A stretch of 64,000 bases of DNA from Azorhizobium sp. AG788 (GCA_943369575.1 CALRNP020000001.1:1129-65128), one strand, 5' to 3'. Positions 25,562 through 35,198 are shown, numbered from the stretch's first letter. Notes: generated by a model not told the origin, from the sequence alone. Numbers and translations: made by a program.

Positions 25562-27010
25562 TCAGGCGAGGTGGGGCTTGGCGAGATGCCAGGAGGTGAA
25601 CCTCTGGTAGGCATCGCCGGCGCGCAGCACGGTGGCCTCATCAAAGGGGCGCCCGGCGATCTGCAGCGAGAGGGGCAGGCCCGTGGACGAAAAACCGCAG
25701 GGCAGGGCCAGGGCGGGCATGCCGGTGAGGCTGAAGGGCATGGTCACCAACTGGCGCTTCTTGAAGAAGTCCACGCCCTCCGGATCGGCAGGGTCGGCCG
25801 GCGCCAGCCAGCCGGCAGTGACGAAGAGATCGAAGCGGGCGAACTGCGCCATCAGGCGGGTGCTCAGCTCCGCGCGCCAGCGCATGGCCTGGACATAGTC
25901 TTCGGCGCGCACCAGCCCGCCCACCATGACCCGGCTTCGCAGCAGCTTGCTGAAGTCGCGCGGCCGAGTGCGCAAATCCTGTTCGTGCACCGAGAACAGC
26001 TCGGAAATGGAGATGGTGGTCTTGGCGTCCACATAGTCGCGTAGCGGATCGAGGGTCACGGGCTCAACGATGGCGCCGAGATCGCTCAGAACCTCCACGG
26101 CGGCATCTACGGCGGCGATCACCTCGTCGGTGGCGTCCTCTTCATACCAATGACGCACGAGGCCGATGCGCAGGCCCCGGATCGATCCGGTGAGGCCGGC
26201 GGCATAATCTGCCACCGGCGTGTCGATGGAGCCGGGGTCGCCGGGATCATATCCGGCGCAGGCACCGAGCATGAGCGCGCAATCCTCCGCCGAGCGGGCC
26301 ATTGGGCCGCAATGGTCGATGGAAAAGGTGTTCGGATGCACGCCGCGGCGGCTGACCCGGCCATAGGTGGGCTTGAGGCCGGTGATGCCGCACATGGCGG
26401 CGGGCCAGCGGATGGAGCCACCCGTATCGGTGCCGATGGCTGCCGGCACGAACCGCGCGCCCACCGCCGCGCCAGACCCGGACGAGGATCCGCCGGGCAG
26501 ATAGTCCCGGTCCCACGGGTTGCGCGCGGGCGGCCAGGGCAGATCCCAGGACGGGCCGCCGATGGCGAATTCGAAGGTGGAGGTCTTGCCGATCAGAACG
26601 CCTCCGGCCGCTTCCAGCTTTTGCGCAACGATGGCGCTGTGGTTCGGGATGCGGTCGGCGAAGATCCTGGAATGGGAGGAGGACAGGATGCCTGCGGTAT
26701 CGACATTATCCTTCAAAGCATAGGGGATACCGTGAAACGGGCCCCGGTCCTCGCCCTGGGCCAGTTCCGCCTCTGCCCGGCGCGCCTGGGTCAGGGCGGT
26801 TTCCGCGGTTACGGTGATGAAGCTGTTGAGGGCGCCGTCCAGCCGCGCAATCCGCTCCAGGCAGGCGGTGGCGACCTCGACCGGAGAGACTGTTCCGGCA
26901 CGCATCAAGCGGCCGAGGTCCGCGATGCCCAGATCGCTCAAGCCAATGTCGCCGGGGCTACGATCACCGATGCCGCTGTCTTCCTGTGCTGCAGATTGGG
27001 CAATCGACAT
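25562..27010 (-). CDS. Amidase-signature family amidase (AtzE/GatA-like subgroup), copy A1
   Basis: [19 protein letters not shown] and [12 protein letters not shown] are present. The start is uncertain: ATG 27010 was chosen, the track start is 27142, and neither has a strong SD. Confidence 0.85.
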   Translation of the reverse strand: MSIAQSAAQEDSGIGDRSPGDIGLSDLGIADLGRLMRAGTVSPVEVATACLERIARLDGALNSFITVTAETALTQARRAEAELAQGEDRGPFHGIPYALKDNVDTAGILSSSHSRIFADRIPNHSAIVAQKLEAAGGVLIGKTSTFEFAIGGPSWDLPWPPARNPWDRDYLPGGSSSGSGAAVGARFVPAAIGTDTGGSIRWPAAMCGITGLKPTYGRVSRRGVHPNTFSIDHCGPMARSAEDCALMLGACAGYDPGDPGSIDTPVADYAAGLTGSIRGLRIGLVRHWYEEDATDEVIAAVDAAVEVLSDLGAIVEPVTLDPLRDYVDAKTTISISELFSVHEQDLRTRPRDFSKLLRSRVMVGGLVRAEDYVQAMRWRAELSTRLMAQFARFDLFVTAGWLAPADPADPEGVDFFKKRQLVTMPFSLTGMPALALPCGFSSTGLPLSLQIAGRPFDEATVLRAGDAYQRFTSWHLAKPHLA

Positions 27011-27411
27011 CTGTGCGCCCCGATCATTGCCGACGGATTGGATACAATTAATCGGGCCCTGTCTCACCGCCTGCGAGCCATGCCTGCGCTTGCCTTCGCA
27101 ATCCACATGCCAAGCCATGCGGGGGTGCAGCGAAGTGGGCAAAAATCTTACTAAGTAGTTGAAATATATGTAATTAAATTTTACGCGCCCGCATCAGCGT
27201 TTGGGCGTATTTGCGAATGCCTGCGTAGGTTGCATAGCTAAATCAGCCACCACACCCAAGGTGCCCAATCCTGCCGCAAGGGTGTGCGACGTGCGGAAAA
27301 GTGTGCCTAATCACACGTCAGATTGGGGCAAACATGGAGCCTAAGTGGCTGTTAAATCGAAATCTGTAGGTCTTTTTGGCTCTCGAAGCCTGTTTGTGCC
27401 GCCTCTTGAAG

Positions 27412-27421
27412 TTGTGTACAA
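27412..27421. promoter_or_regulatory. TTGTGTACAA (TGTACA core palindrome), candidate GntR/FadR-type operator
   Basis: It lies in the 483-bp divergent region between amidase A1 and the GntR gene, about 70 bp upstream of the GntR start. FadR-subfamily operators usually contain GT...AC palindromes. A second inverted repeat, GTGTG-N6-CACAC, is at 27301-27316. Confidence 0.25.
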
Positions 27422-27493
27422 AATGGGCATGGGTGTCGCCGCAGCGATGTCAGGGCGGATCGAGCCCGGTTTCCCTAGTCGGGAGGGCGTTTC

Positions 27494-28204
27494 ATGGTGA
27501 CGCGGGCGGAAACCGTTACAAAGCAATTGCGCACGGCCATATTGGAAGGCGGGTACGCGCCAGGGGCCCGGCTCAACGAGATGGCGCTGGCAGAGGCCAT
27601 GGCGGTCTCCCGTACGCCCATTCGGGCGGCGCTCAGCGTGCTCTTTGCTGAGGGCTTGCTCGATTACGAACCGAACTGCGGTTATGTGGTTCGGCGGATT
27701 TCGCTCAATGATGCCGCCCATATCTATACGGTGCGGGCCTCCCTGGAGGGGTTGGCCGCCCGTCTGGCTGCGGAAATCGGTCTCGCCGACATGGAGCGCG
27801 CCCGCTTTCAGGCTACACTGGACGAGATGGAGCACCTCGTGTCGGGCCAGGACTGGGAGGCCGAACAGCAGGAGCGGTGGGGTGCGTTGAACATCGCCTT
27901 TCACGGCATGATCTGCGCCGCGACCCAGAACAATTATCTTGCCGCCTCGATCCAGCGCACCCGCACATTGCCGGTGCTAACCGAGCGGGGACTGAAGACC
28001 TTCGCGGCGGAGCGGGCCGTGGTCTGGTGGGATCGGGCGGCCTATCGCCGCTCACAGGATGACCACCTCGACATTGGCGACGCGATCCTGGCACGCCAAG
28101 GCACCCGCGCCGAAGCGGTGATGCGCGAACACATCGAGCGATCGGGCCGGCTGATCAACCAGAAGCTTGCGATCCGGTCGGAGGCCTTGCTCGCTCTGCC
28201 GTAG
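27494..28204 (+). CDS. GntR-family transcriptional regulator (FadR/FCD subfamily)
   Basis: wHTH LRTAILEGGYAPGARLNEMALAEAMAVSRTPIRAALSVLFAEGLLDY plus a helical FCD C-domain. SD GGGAGGG is 6 nt upstream. Confidence 0.85.
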   Translation: MVTRAETVTKQLRTAILEGGYAPGARLNEMALAEAMAVSRTPIRAALSVLFAEGLLDYEPNCGYVVRRISLNDAAHIYTVRASLEGLAARLAAEIGLADMERARFQATLDEMEHLVSGQDWEAEQQERWGALNIAFHGMICAATQNNYLAASIQRTRTLPVLTERGLKTFAAERAVVWWDRAAYRRSQDDHLDIGDAILARQGTRAEAVMREHIERSGRLINQKLAIRSEALLALP

Positions 28205-28304
28205 CCTTTCGTTTAGAGCGAGAGCTTAGTTTGCCCGGAGGCTTGGGTGCCTCACTTGTCGTTGTGATGCCCTCGCGCCCCCAAAGCATCCATCGTGAGT
28301 CTGA

Positions 28305-29906
28305 CTATCGTCTCGCGTCGGCCTTGATGAGATCGGCGGCCTTTTCGGCGATCATCATCACGGCTGCCTGGGTATTGGCCGAGACAATGGTTGGCATGAT
28401 GGCGGCATCCACCACCCGCAACCCGTCAAGTCCATGCACTTTCAGGCGTGGGTCAACCACGGCAGAGGGGCCAGTCCCCATCGCGCAGGTGCCGATCGGA
28501 TGATAGATGGTTTGACCCGTGGTGCGGGCGAAATCCAGCCATTGCGCGTCGGTTTGCACGTCCGGCCCCGGGTTCATCTCATAGGCCCGATAGGGGTCCA
28601 TGGCGGTCTGCTCAACAATGGCCCGGGCAATCTTCATGCCGCCCACCAGGGCGTCGCAATCCTCCTGGACCGCCAGGAAATTCGGGCGGATGGAGGGTTG
28701 GGCATAAGGATCCGCCGATTTCACATGGATCGACCCGATGGACTGCGGGCGCAATTGGGTGACGCCGATGGTCATGCCGGGCAGATGGTCGAGCGCCCGG
28801 TCGGCGGCGTTGGCATAGCTCGCATGCATGAAAAAATATTGGATGTCGGGGGTTTCCAGCTCCGGTCGGGTCTTCACGAAGCCATGGGCCAGGCCGGTGC
28901 CGAGGGTGAGGATGCCGGTGCGGGTGAGAAAATACTGCGCCACCGCCTTGCCGAGTTTTAGGCCCCGGGTCTGCTCGTTCAGGGTGATGGGCAGTTTCAC
29001 CCGCCAATTCATACGCGTGGCGAAATGGTCGCGGTAATTATTGCCGACACCCTGCAGTGCATGAAACACCGGCAGGCCGGCGGCGGACAGCGTTTCAGGG
29101 TGCCCGATACCGGACAGTTCCAACAATTGCGGCGATTGCACCGCGCCGGCGGTCAGGATGACCTCGCCGCGCGCCTGGGCCGCCACATCCTTGCCGCCCA
29201 GCCGATAGCGGATTCCGACGGCGCGTCGGTCGTTGAATTCCAGCTTCAGGACATGGGCGTGTGTGACGACCTTCAGGTTCGGCCGGCCGAGGGCTGGGCG
29301 CAGATAGGCATCCACAACGGTCCAGCGCCGGCCGTTCTTCTGGTTCACCTGATAATAGCCGAAGCCGTCCTGGGCGGGGCCATTATAGTCCGGGTTACGG
29401 GCATATCCGGCTTGCTCGGCGGCTGTGATGAAGGCTTCGGAGAGCACCGGGCGCTCCGCCACACGCACGATGTTGAGCGGGCCTGAGGTGCCGCGCGAAG
29501 GGTCGGCCCCCGGCTCGACGAAGGTCTCCATCTTCTTGAAATAGGGGAGCACGTCGTCGGCGCTCCAGCCGGTGGCGCCGCGCTGCGTCCAGCCGTCGTA
29601 ATCCTGGGGCTGGCCACGCACGAAGATCATGCCGTTGATGAGGGTAGAGCCGCCGAGCCCCTTGCCTCGCGGCACCACAATCTCGCGATTGCCAGTGTTT
29701 TCTTCCTTCTCGGTAGTGAAGCGCCAGTTGAAGGCGGCGCCGCTCAACAGCTTCGAGAAACCCGCGGGAATGGGAATCCAGAAGCCGTTGTCGGGGCCGC
29801 CCGCCTCCACCAGCAGCACCGTGTGCTTTTGATCTTCCGAGAGGCGCGCAGCGAGGATGCACCCGGCGGTGCCACCGCCGACAATGATATAGTCGAACGT
29901 TTCCAT
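28305..29906 (-). CDS. GMC-family FAD oxidoreductase (choline/alcohol dehydrogenase-like)
   Basis: METFDYIIVGGGTAGCILAARLSED is the GMC N-terminal signature, with GGSTLINGMIFVRG and C-terminal HPIGTCAMG...VDAAIMP. The start is ATG 29906. Confidence 0.9.
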   Translation of the reverse strand: METFDYIIVGGGTAGCILAARLSEDQKHTVLLVEAGGPDNGFWIPIPAGFSKLLSGAAFNWRFTTEKEENTGNREIVVPRGKGLGGSTLINGMIFVRGQPQDYDGWTQRGATGWSADDVLPYFKKMETFVEPGADPSRGTSGPLNIVRVAERPVLSEAFITAAEQAGYARNPDYNGPAQDGFGYYQVNQKNGRRWTVVDAYLRPALGRPNLKVVTHAHVLKLEFNDRRAVGIRYRLGGKDVAAQARGEVILTAGAVQSPQLLELSGIGHPETLSAAGLPVFHALQGVGNNYRDHFATRMNWRVKLPITLNEQTRGLKLGKAVAQYFLTRTGILTLGTGLAHGFVKTRPELETPDIQYFFMHASYANAADRALDHLPGMTIGVTQLRPQSIGSIHVKSADPYAQPSIRPNFLAVQEDCDALVGGMKIARAIVEQTAMDPYRAYEMNPGPDVQTDAQWLDFARTTGQTIYHPIGTCAMGTGPSAVVDPRLKVHGLDGLRVVDAAIMPTIVSANTQAAVMMIAEKAADLIKADARR

Positions 29907-29953
29907 GCCATCCCCCTGGGGGGCCTCTTCTTGATGGGCGTACCTGCCCGCGC

Positions 29954-31360
29954 TCACGCGCGGACGGGCAGCACCTTTCCGGGATTGAGCCGCTGCTGCG
30001 GATCGAGGGCGGCCTTGAGGGTCGCGCACAAGGCGGTCTCCTCTGCCGAGCGGCGACGCAAAAGCTCGTCCACCCGGTATTGGCCGATGCCGTGCTCGGC
30101 CGAGATGGAGCCGCCGAAGCTGGTCACCACGTCATGCACGAGGCGGTTGATGGCGACACCGTCATGGCTGGCGTCAACCAAAACGTTGTAGTGCAGGTTG
30201 CCGTCACCCACATGGCCGAACACATTGGCGACGGCGCCCGGCGCTCCGGCCGCCAGTGCGGCGTCGGCCGCCTCGAGGAAGGCCGGAATGTCGGTGATGG
30301 GCACGGAGATGTCGTGCTTCAGGCTTTTGCCCTCGCGGGCTTCACCCTCCGAGATGTGCTCACGCAAAGCCCAAAGCTGGGCCGCCTGGGCGCCCGATTC
30401 CGCCACCACGCCGTCGAGGGCGATCTCCTGTTCCAGCGCCGCCGCAAGCGCGGCTTCGGCGGCATCGCGCAGCCCGCTGAGGCTAGCGCCGGCCTCGATC
30501 AAAACGAACCAGTCGCCGGCGGCAATTGGCGGGGTCAGACCGGCATGGCGGCGGACCAGATCGAACGAGACGCTGGAGATCAGCTCGAAGGCGGAAATGG
30601 AATCGCCCAGTTCATCCTGCGCCAGGGCCAGCAATTGCAGGGCGGTGGCCGGGGAGGGGACGCTCAGCAGCGCGGTGACCGTGTGCTTAGGGCGGGGCAC
30701 CAGACGCAGAATGGCGGCGGTGACGATGCCGAGCGTGCCCTCGCTGCCGATGAAGATCTGCTTCCAATCATAGCCGGCATTGTCCTTACGCAGGCGCCGC
30801 ATGCCATTGACGATGGTGCCATCGGCTAGGACGACTTCCAGGCCCAGCACCAGCGCGCGGGTCATGCCATAGCGGAGCACGTTCACGCCACCCGCATTGG
30901 TGGAGATGACGCCGCCGACGGTGGCCGAACCTTCCGCCGCGAGGCTGACCGGCAGCAGGCGGCCGGCGTCGGCGGCAGCGTCCTGCGCCACCTTCAGGAT
31001 GCAGCCGGCGTCCGCTTCCAGCGTCATGCCGATGGGGTCGAGCGCGCGCACGGTGTTCATGCGGGTCAGCGAGAGCACCACCTGCGCCCCCGAGCCATCG
31101 GGCACCGCACCGGCGGCGAGCCCGGTATTGCCGCCCTGAGGCACGAGGGCTGCGCCTGCTTCGGCGCAGGCCCGCACCACCTGCGAGACCTCGGCCGTGG
31201 AGGCGGGCCGCACCACGCACAGCGCCTTGCCCGGAAACTGCCGGCGCCAGTCGATGGCATAGAGTTCCATGTCGGTCTCATCGGTGATGAGCCCGGCAGG
31301 ACCGACGATAGCGGCGAGGTGCGTGAGGAGTGCGGCGTTGACGCCGCTGACGCCGCTCAT
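29954..31360 (-). CDS. FAD-linked oxidase (GlcD / D-2-hydroxyacid dehydrogenase-like)
   Basis: FAD-binding PCMH-type domain (VVRPASTAEVSQVVRACAEAGAALVPQGGNTGLAGGAVP) with C-terminal GGSISAEHGIG. ATG 31360 overlaps the upstream stop as ATGA. Confidence 0.85.
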   Translation of the reverse strand: MSGVSGVNAALLTHLAAIVGPAGLITDETDMELYAIDWRRQFPGKALCVVRPASTAEVSQVVRACAEAGAALVPQGGNTGLAAGAVPDGSGAQVVLSLTRMNTVRALDPIGMTLEADAGCILKVAQDAAADAGRLLPVSLAAEGSATVGGVISTNAGGVNVLRYGMTRALVLGLEVVLADGTIVNGMRRLRKDNAGYDWKQIFIGSEGTLGIVTAAILRLVPRPKHTVTALLSVPSPATALQLLALAQDELGDSISAFELISSVSFDLVRRHAGLTPPIAAGDWFVLIEAGASLSGLRDAAEAALAAALEQEIALDGVVAESGAQAAQLWALREHISEGEAREGKSLKHDISVPITDIPAFLEAADAALAAGAPGAVANVFGHVGDGNLHYNVLVDASHDGVAINRLVHDVVTSFGGSISAEHGIGQYRVDELLRRRSAEETALCATLKAALDPQQRLNPGKVLPVRA

Positions 31361-33570
31361 GACGCACCCTGCGCCAATAATGCGGGCGACAGCGGCGTGC
31401 CGCGCGCGGCCATGGTAACCGCCAGCCCCTCCATCACTTCCGGCGTTCCGGCATAAGCGGCGCGCTCCAGGATCTTGGAGATGGTGGGCGAGGCTTCCTT
31501 GCCGGTGACGCGCTGGATCGGCTGGTCCAGCCAATCCATGTAGCGGCGCTGGATTTCGTCCGCGAGGAAGCTGCCGTAGGAGGTGCCGACCGAGCCCTGT
31601 TCAACGATCAGGACATTATTGGTCTTGCGGATGCTGTCACCGATGGTGTCCCAGTCCAGCGAGGCGCGGTCGAGGGTGCGCAGATCGATGATTTCGGCAT
31701 CGACGCCCAGCTGCTCGACCGCCTCCTGGCTGCGGTGCACCATGGCGGAATAGGTCAGGATGGTGAGATCGTTGCCCGGCCGCACGACGCGGGCTTGGCC
31801 AAGCGGGATGATGTAGTCGAGATCGTCGGAAGGGATCGCACCCATGGTCTGATAGAGATCCACATGCTCGATGACGAGCACCGGGTCGTTGCAGGCCAAA
31901 GCCGCATTCATCAGGCCCACATAATCGAACGGGCTCGAAGGGGCAACGATGCGCCAGCCGGGCGAGGTTGCGAACATCCCCGCCGGGTCGAGGGAATGCT
32001 GGGAGCCATAGCCGGTGCCCATGGCGATCTTGGTGCGCAGCACGAGCGGCACATCCACGTCGGCGCCGAACATGTGCCGCGCCTTGCCGATCTGGTTGAA
32101 CACCTGATCGGCCGCGACCCACATAAAGTCGGGATACATGAACTCAATGATCGGGCGGTAACGTCCGTCCATGGCAAGCCCACCCGCGAGGCCGGCAAAT
32201 GCGCCCTCGCTGATGGGGGTGCCGAATACACGGCCGGGAAAGGCGGCGGCAAGGCCGCGCGTGGCGCCATTGGTGCCGCCCTTCAGGCGGTGGATGTCCT
32301 CGCCCATGATGAGCAAGGTCTCATCGGTCTCGAAACGGCGATGCAGCACGTCGGCGATGACGTCCACGAATTTGCGGTCGGTGGTCGCGCCGGTGAAGGT
32401 CGAAGCCTCCTGCGTGCGCTTGCCTGACAGCTCCGAGAGGTCGCCGCGAATACCTGTGTCGACGAAGCCGACATCTGGCCAGAGCGCCGGTCGCACCCGG
32501 CGGCGGTTGCCGTCTGGCTCCACCAGTCGGGCCGCGACATCCCCCATCAGCGCCTTGCAGCGTTCGCGCAGGGATTCCAGATCCGACGGGGTGAGCGCAC
32601 CCATTTCGACCAAGGCGCGCCCGGTGCGATCGATGGGATCGCGGGCCCGCCATGAGGCTTCCTCTTCCTTGGTGCGATACCCGAAGGCCGAGCCGGGCAA
32701 GGGGCCATTCTGGTGGAAATAGCGATAGACCTCGGCTTCGATCACCGCCGGTCCCTGGCCCGATCGCATCACGGCGAGCGCTTCCTGGGTCGCCAGATGC
32801 ACCGCCAGCGGATCCATACCGTCCACCCGCCAGGAGGGAATGCCGAAGCCGGGGCCGCGGCCGGACAGACGCGGATCGCGTGTCGCCTCGGCCACCGTGG
32901 TGGCGACCGCATAGCCGTTGTTCTCGATGAAGAACAGCAGCGGCAAATTCCATGCGGCAGCCAGATTCATGGTCTCCAGCACCGCGCCGATGTTCACCGC
33001 GCCGTCGCCGAAATAGGTGATGGCGACATCGCCGGTGCCGGCCAGCTTGTGGGCCATGGCCGCGCCCGCCGCGAGCGGCACGCCGCCGCCCACGATGGCA
33101 TTGGTGCCGATGGCGCCGCAGTCGCCCCAGCGCAGATGCATGGAGCCGCCACGCCCGTGGCCGAAGCCGGGCTCAAGCCCAAGAATCTCCGCCATCGACT
33201 GGTACATGAGCGGCTCGGTCCCGTCCGGGAAGTCCGCCTTCGGGTCGATGCCGGGGGCGATATAGGCCAGGGCTTTGGCAAGGAACTGATGGTGCCCCCG
33301 ATGGGAGCCGTTCACCTGGTCTCCCGGCCGCAGCCCGACGATGGAGCCGGCCGCGCCGCCCTCCTGCCCGATCGATGAATGCGCCGGGCCGTGCACCAGG
33401 CCTTCGCCGGCGAGTTCCAGCACCGTTTCCTCGAACGCGCGGATGAGATTCATCTGGGTGAGGAGTTCGCCCAGAAGCTTCGGATCGGCCTGCTGCCAGT
33501 CGACTTCGGTGGTGCGCAGTTCTATCCAGGGTGCCGCGGCTTGCAGCGCGATGCGGTCGACCATCATCAT
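31357..33570 (-). CDS. Fused alpha/beta E1 component of a ThDP-dependent 2-oxoacid/acetoin dehydrogenase
   Basis: About 737 aa. The N-half is E1-alpha-like (GPAHSSIGQEGGAAGS, GSMHL, YFGDGAVNIG ThDP motif, FFIENNGYA). The C-half is E1-beta/transketolase-pyrimidine-like (LIMGEDI...GTPISEGAFAGLAGG...). The start lies in the run TTG-AGG-AGA-ATG-ATG-ATG (33579-33562), and an ATG after the GAGGAG SD is most likely. Confidence 0.85.
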   Translation of the reverse strand: MMMVDRIALQAAAPWIELRTTEVDWQQADPKLLGELLTQMNLIRAFEETVLELAGEGLVHGPAHSSIGQEGGAAGSIVGLRPGDQVNGSHRGHHQFLAKALAYIAPGIDPKADFPDGTEPLMYQSMAEILGLEPGFGHGRGGSMHLRWGDCGAIGTNAIVGGGVPLAAGAAMAHKLAGTGDVAITYFGDGAVNIGAVLETMNLAAAWNLPLLFFIENNGYAVATTVAEATRDPRLSGRGPGFGIPSWRVDGMDPLAVHLATQEALAVMRSGQGPAVIEAEVYRYFHQNGPLPGSAFGYRTKEEEASWRARDPIDRTGRALVEMGALTPSDLESLRERCKALMGDVAARLVEPDGNRRRVRPALWPDVGFVDTGIRGDLSELSGKRTQEASTFTGATTDRKFVDVIADVLHRRFETDETLLIMGEDIHRLKGGTNGATRGLAAAFPGRVFGTPISEGAFAGLAGGLAMDGRYRPIIEFMYPDFMWVAADQVFNQIGKARHMFGADVDVPLVLRTKIAMGTGYGSQHSLDPAGMFATSPGWRIVAPSSPFDYVGLMNAALACNDPVLVIEHVDLYQTMGAIPSDDLDYIIPLGQARVVRPGNDLTILTYSAMVHRSQEAVEQLGVDAEIIDLRTLDRASLDWDTIGDSIRKTNNVLIVEQGSVGTSYGSFLADEIQRRYMDWLDQPIQRVTGKEASPTISKILERAAYAGTPEVMEGLAVTMAARGTPLSPALLAQGAS

Positions 33571-33612
33571 TCTCCTCAAGACCGGCCCGGGCCCGTCTCT
33601 TCGTTCTAAACT

Positions 33613-34392
33613 TCAGAGATATCCGTAGGCGGCCCAGCCGCCGTCGACGCCGAGCACTTGCCCCGTGATCGCGCTGGCATGATCGCTGGCAAGGAAAACC
33701 GCCGCCTGCGCCACTTCGTCCGGTGTGATCAGCCGGCCAATGGGGGTGCGCTGTTCCAGCCGGTTGAGATCGAGGCGGCCGCGCGCGGCAAGGTCATCCA
33801 AAAACGGTGTGCGCACATAGCCGGGGGCGATGGCGTTCACGCGCACGCCGCGTGCCGCCCATTCCACGGCCAACGCCTTGGCCATCATGACCACGCCCGC
33901 CTTGGAGACGCAGTAGCCGATGCGCTCCGGGGCTGCGACGACGCCATACATGGACGCCATCAGCAAGATCGAGCCGCGCCCGCGCTCCAGCATCCGCCGG
34001 CCCGCTTCCTGGGCGGTGAGGAAAACGCCGGTGAGGTTGATGTCCATCACCTTCTGCCAATCGGCGTCGGTGACCTCCAGCGTCGGCTGATTGGAGGAGA
34101 TCCCGGCATTGGCGAGTACGATGTCGAGCCCACCGAAATCCGCTGCGGCGTCGCAAGCCCGTGCCACATCGGCGCGGTTTGTGACCGAACCGGAGATGGC
34201 GATGCTTTCGCCGAGATCATCGGCGACAGTGCCCGCCTTCGGATCGGGATCGAGCAGCACCAGGCGCGCGCCCTGGTCTCGCAAGGCCCGGCTTACGGCA
34301 AGGCCGATGCCCGAAGCGCCGCCGGTGACGAGGGCGCAGCGGCCGGGCAGCAGGCCCGCGGCCGGGGCAGCGGAGGCGTGTAAAACGTTCAC
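33613..34392 (-). CDS. SDR-family oxidoreductase
   Basis: TGGASGIGLA cofactor motif, NAG, and catalytic Y..SK (YCVSKAG). The GTG start overlaps the upstream stop as GTGA. Confidence 0.85.
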   Translation of the reverse strand: MNVLHASAAPAAGLLPGRCALVTGGASGIGLAVSRALRDQGARLVLLDPDPKAGTVADDLGESIAISGSVTNRADVARACDAAADFGGLDIVLANAGISSNQPTLEVTDADWQKVMDINLTGVFLTAQEAGRRMLERGRGSILLMASMYGVVAAPERIGYCVSKAGVVMMAKALAVEWAARGVRVNAIAPGYVRTPFLDDLAARGRLDLNRLEQRTPIGRLITPDEVAQAAVFLASDHASAITGQVLGVDGGWAAYGYL

Positions 34393-35198
34393 GGTTCCAT
34401 CCCGACGAATTTGGCCATCAGTTCAAGTTGGCAATCGAGCATGGGTTGGCCGGGCTGAATGCGGCAACCGCGTGCCTGTGCCGCCGCAAGAAGGGCCGTG
34501 GTGGCAGGTTGCATAATGATTTCCGCCACGGTCTGGTCAGCGGTGAGCCGGGAAGCATCCAGCGGCAACGGGTCGCCTTCTTTCAACCCGAGTGAGGTGG
34601 CGTTGACCACCAGGTCGTGACCGGAGGGATCGGGCGTGCCGATGTCCACGTGCAGGGTCGGGAACGCACCGGCGAGGCGGCTCGCGAGGTCTTCCGCCTT
34701 GGCGCGGGTGCGGTTAGCGATGGTCAGGCGCGACACGCCGGCCTGGGCGAGGGCGAAGGCGATTGCATTGGCAGCCCCGCCGGCGCCGACCAGATAGGCG
34801 CTGCGACCTGCGGGCTCGATGCCATTCTGGCGCAGGCCTGCGACGAAGCCGTGGCCGTCCAGCATCTCACCTACGAGCCGACCGTCCGCCGCGCGGCGGA
34901 TGGTATTGACCGCGCCGATCAGGCGCGCGCTCTCGCTGACCTCGTCGCATAAATCGACAACGGCGGTCTTATGCGGGACGGTGACGATGAGCCCGCCGAG
35001 ATTGCGCAGCAAACGCAGGCCTGCGACCACGCTGGCGAGATCGTCGGCGCTGGCATGGAGCGGCACCAGCACGCCGTCGTACCCCACGCGTTGCATCAGG
35101 GCGTTGAGCCCCTGCGGCGTTTTCACATGGTGGATCGGATCGGCCAATATGCCGAAGATCCGGGTGTGTCCGGTGATCTGGTGCGACGAAGTGCTCAT
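34389..35198 (-). CDS. Shikimate/quinate dehydrogenase family protein (AroE-like)
   Basis: GILADPIHHVKTPQGLNALM, VTVPHK and NTI motifs are present, with the Rossmann motif GAGGAANAIAFAL. Confidence 0.8.
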   Translation of the reverse strand: MSTSSHQITGHTRIFGILADPIHHVKTPQGLNALMQRVGYDGVLVPLHASADDLASVVAGLRLLRNLGGLIVTVPHKTAVVDLCDEVSESARLIGAVNTIRRAADGRLVGEMLDGHGFVAGLRQNGIEPAGRSAYLVGAGGAANAIAFALAQAGVSRLTIANRTRAKAEDLASRLAGAFPTLHVDIGTPDPSGHDLVVNATSLGLKEGDPLPLDASRLTADQTVAEIIMQPATTALLAAAQARGCRIQPGQPMLDCQLELMAKFVGMEP

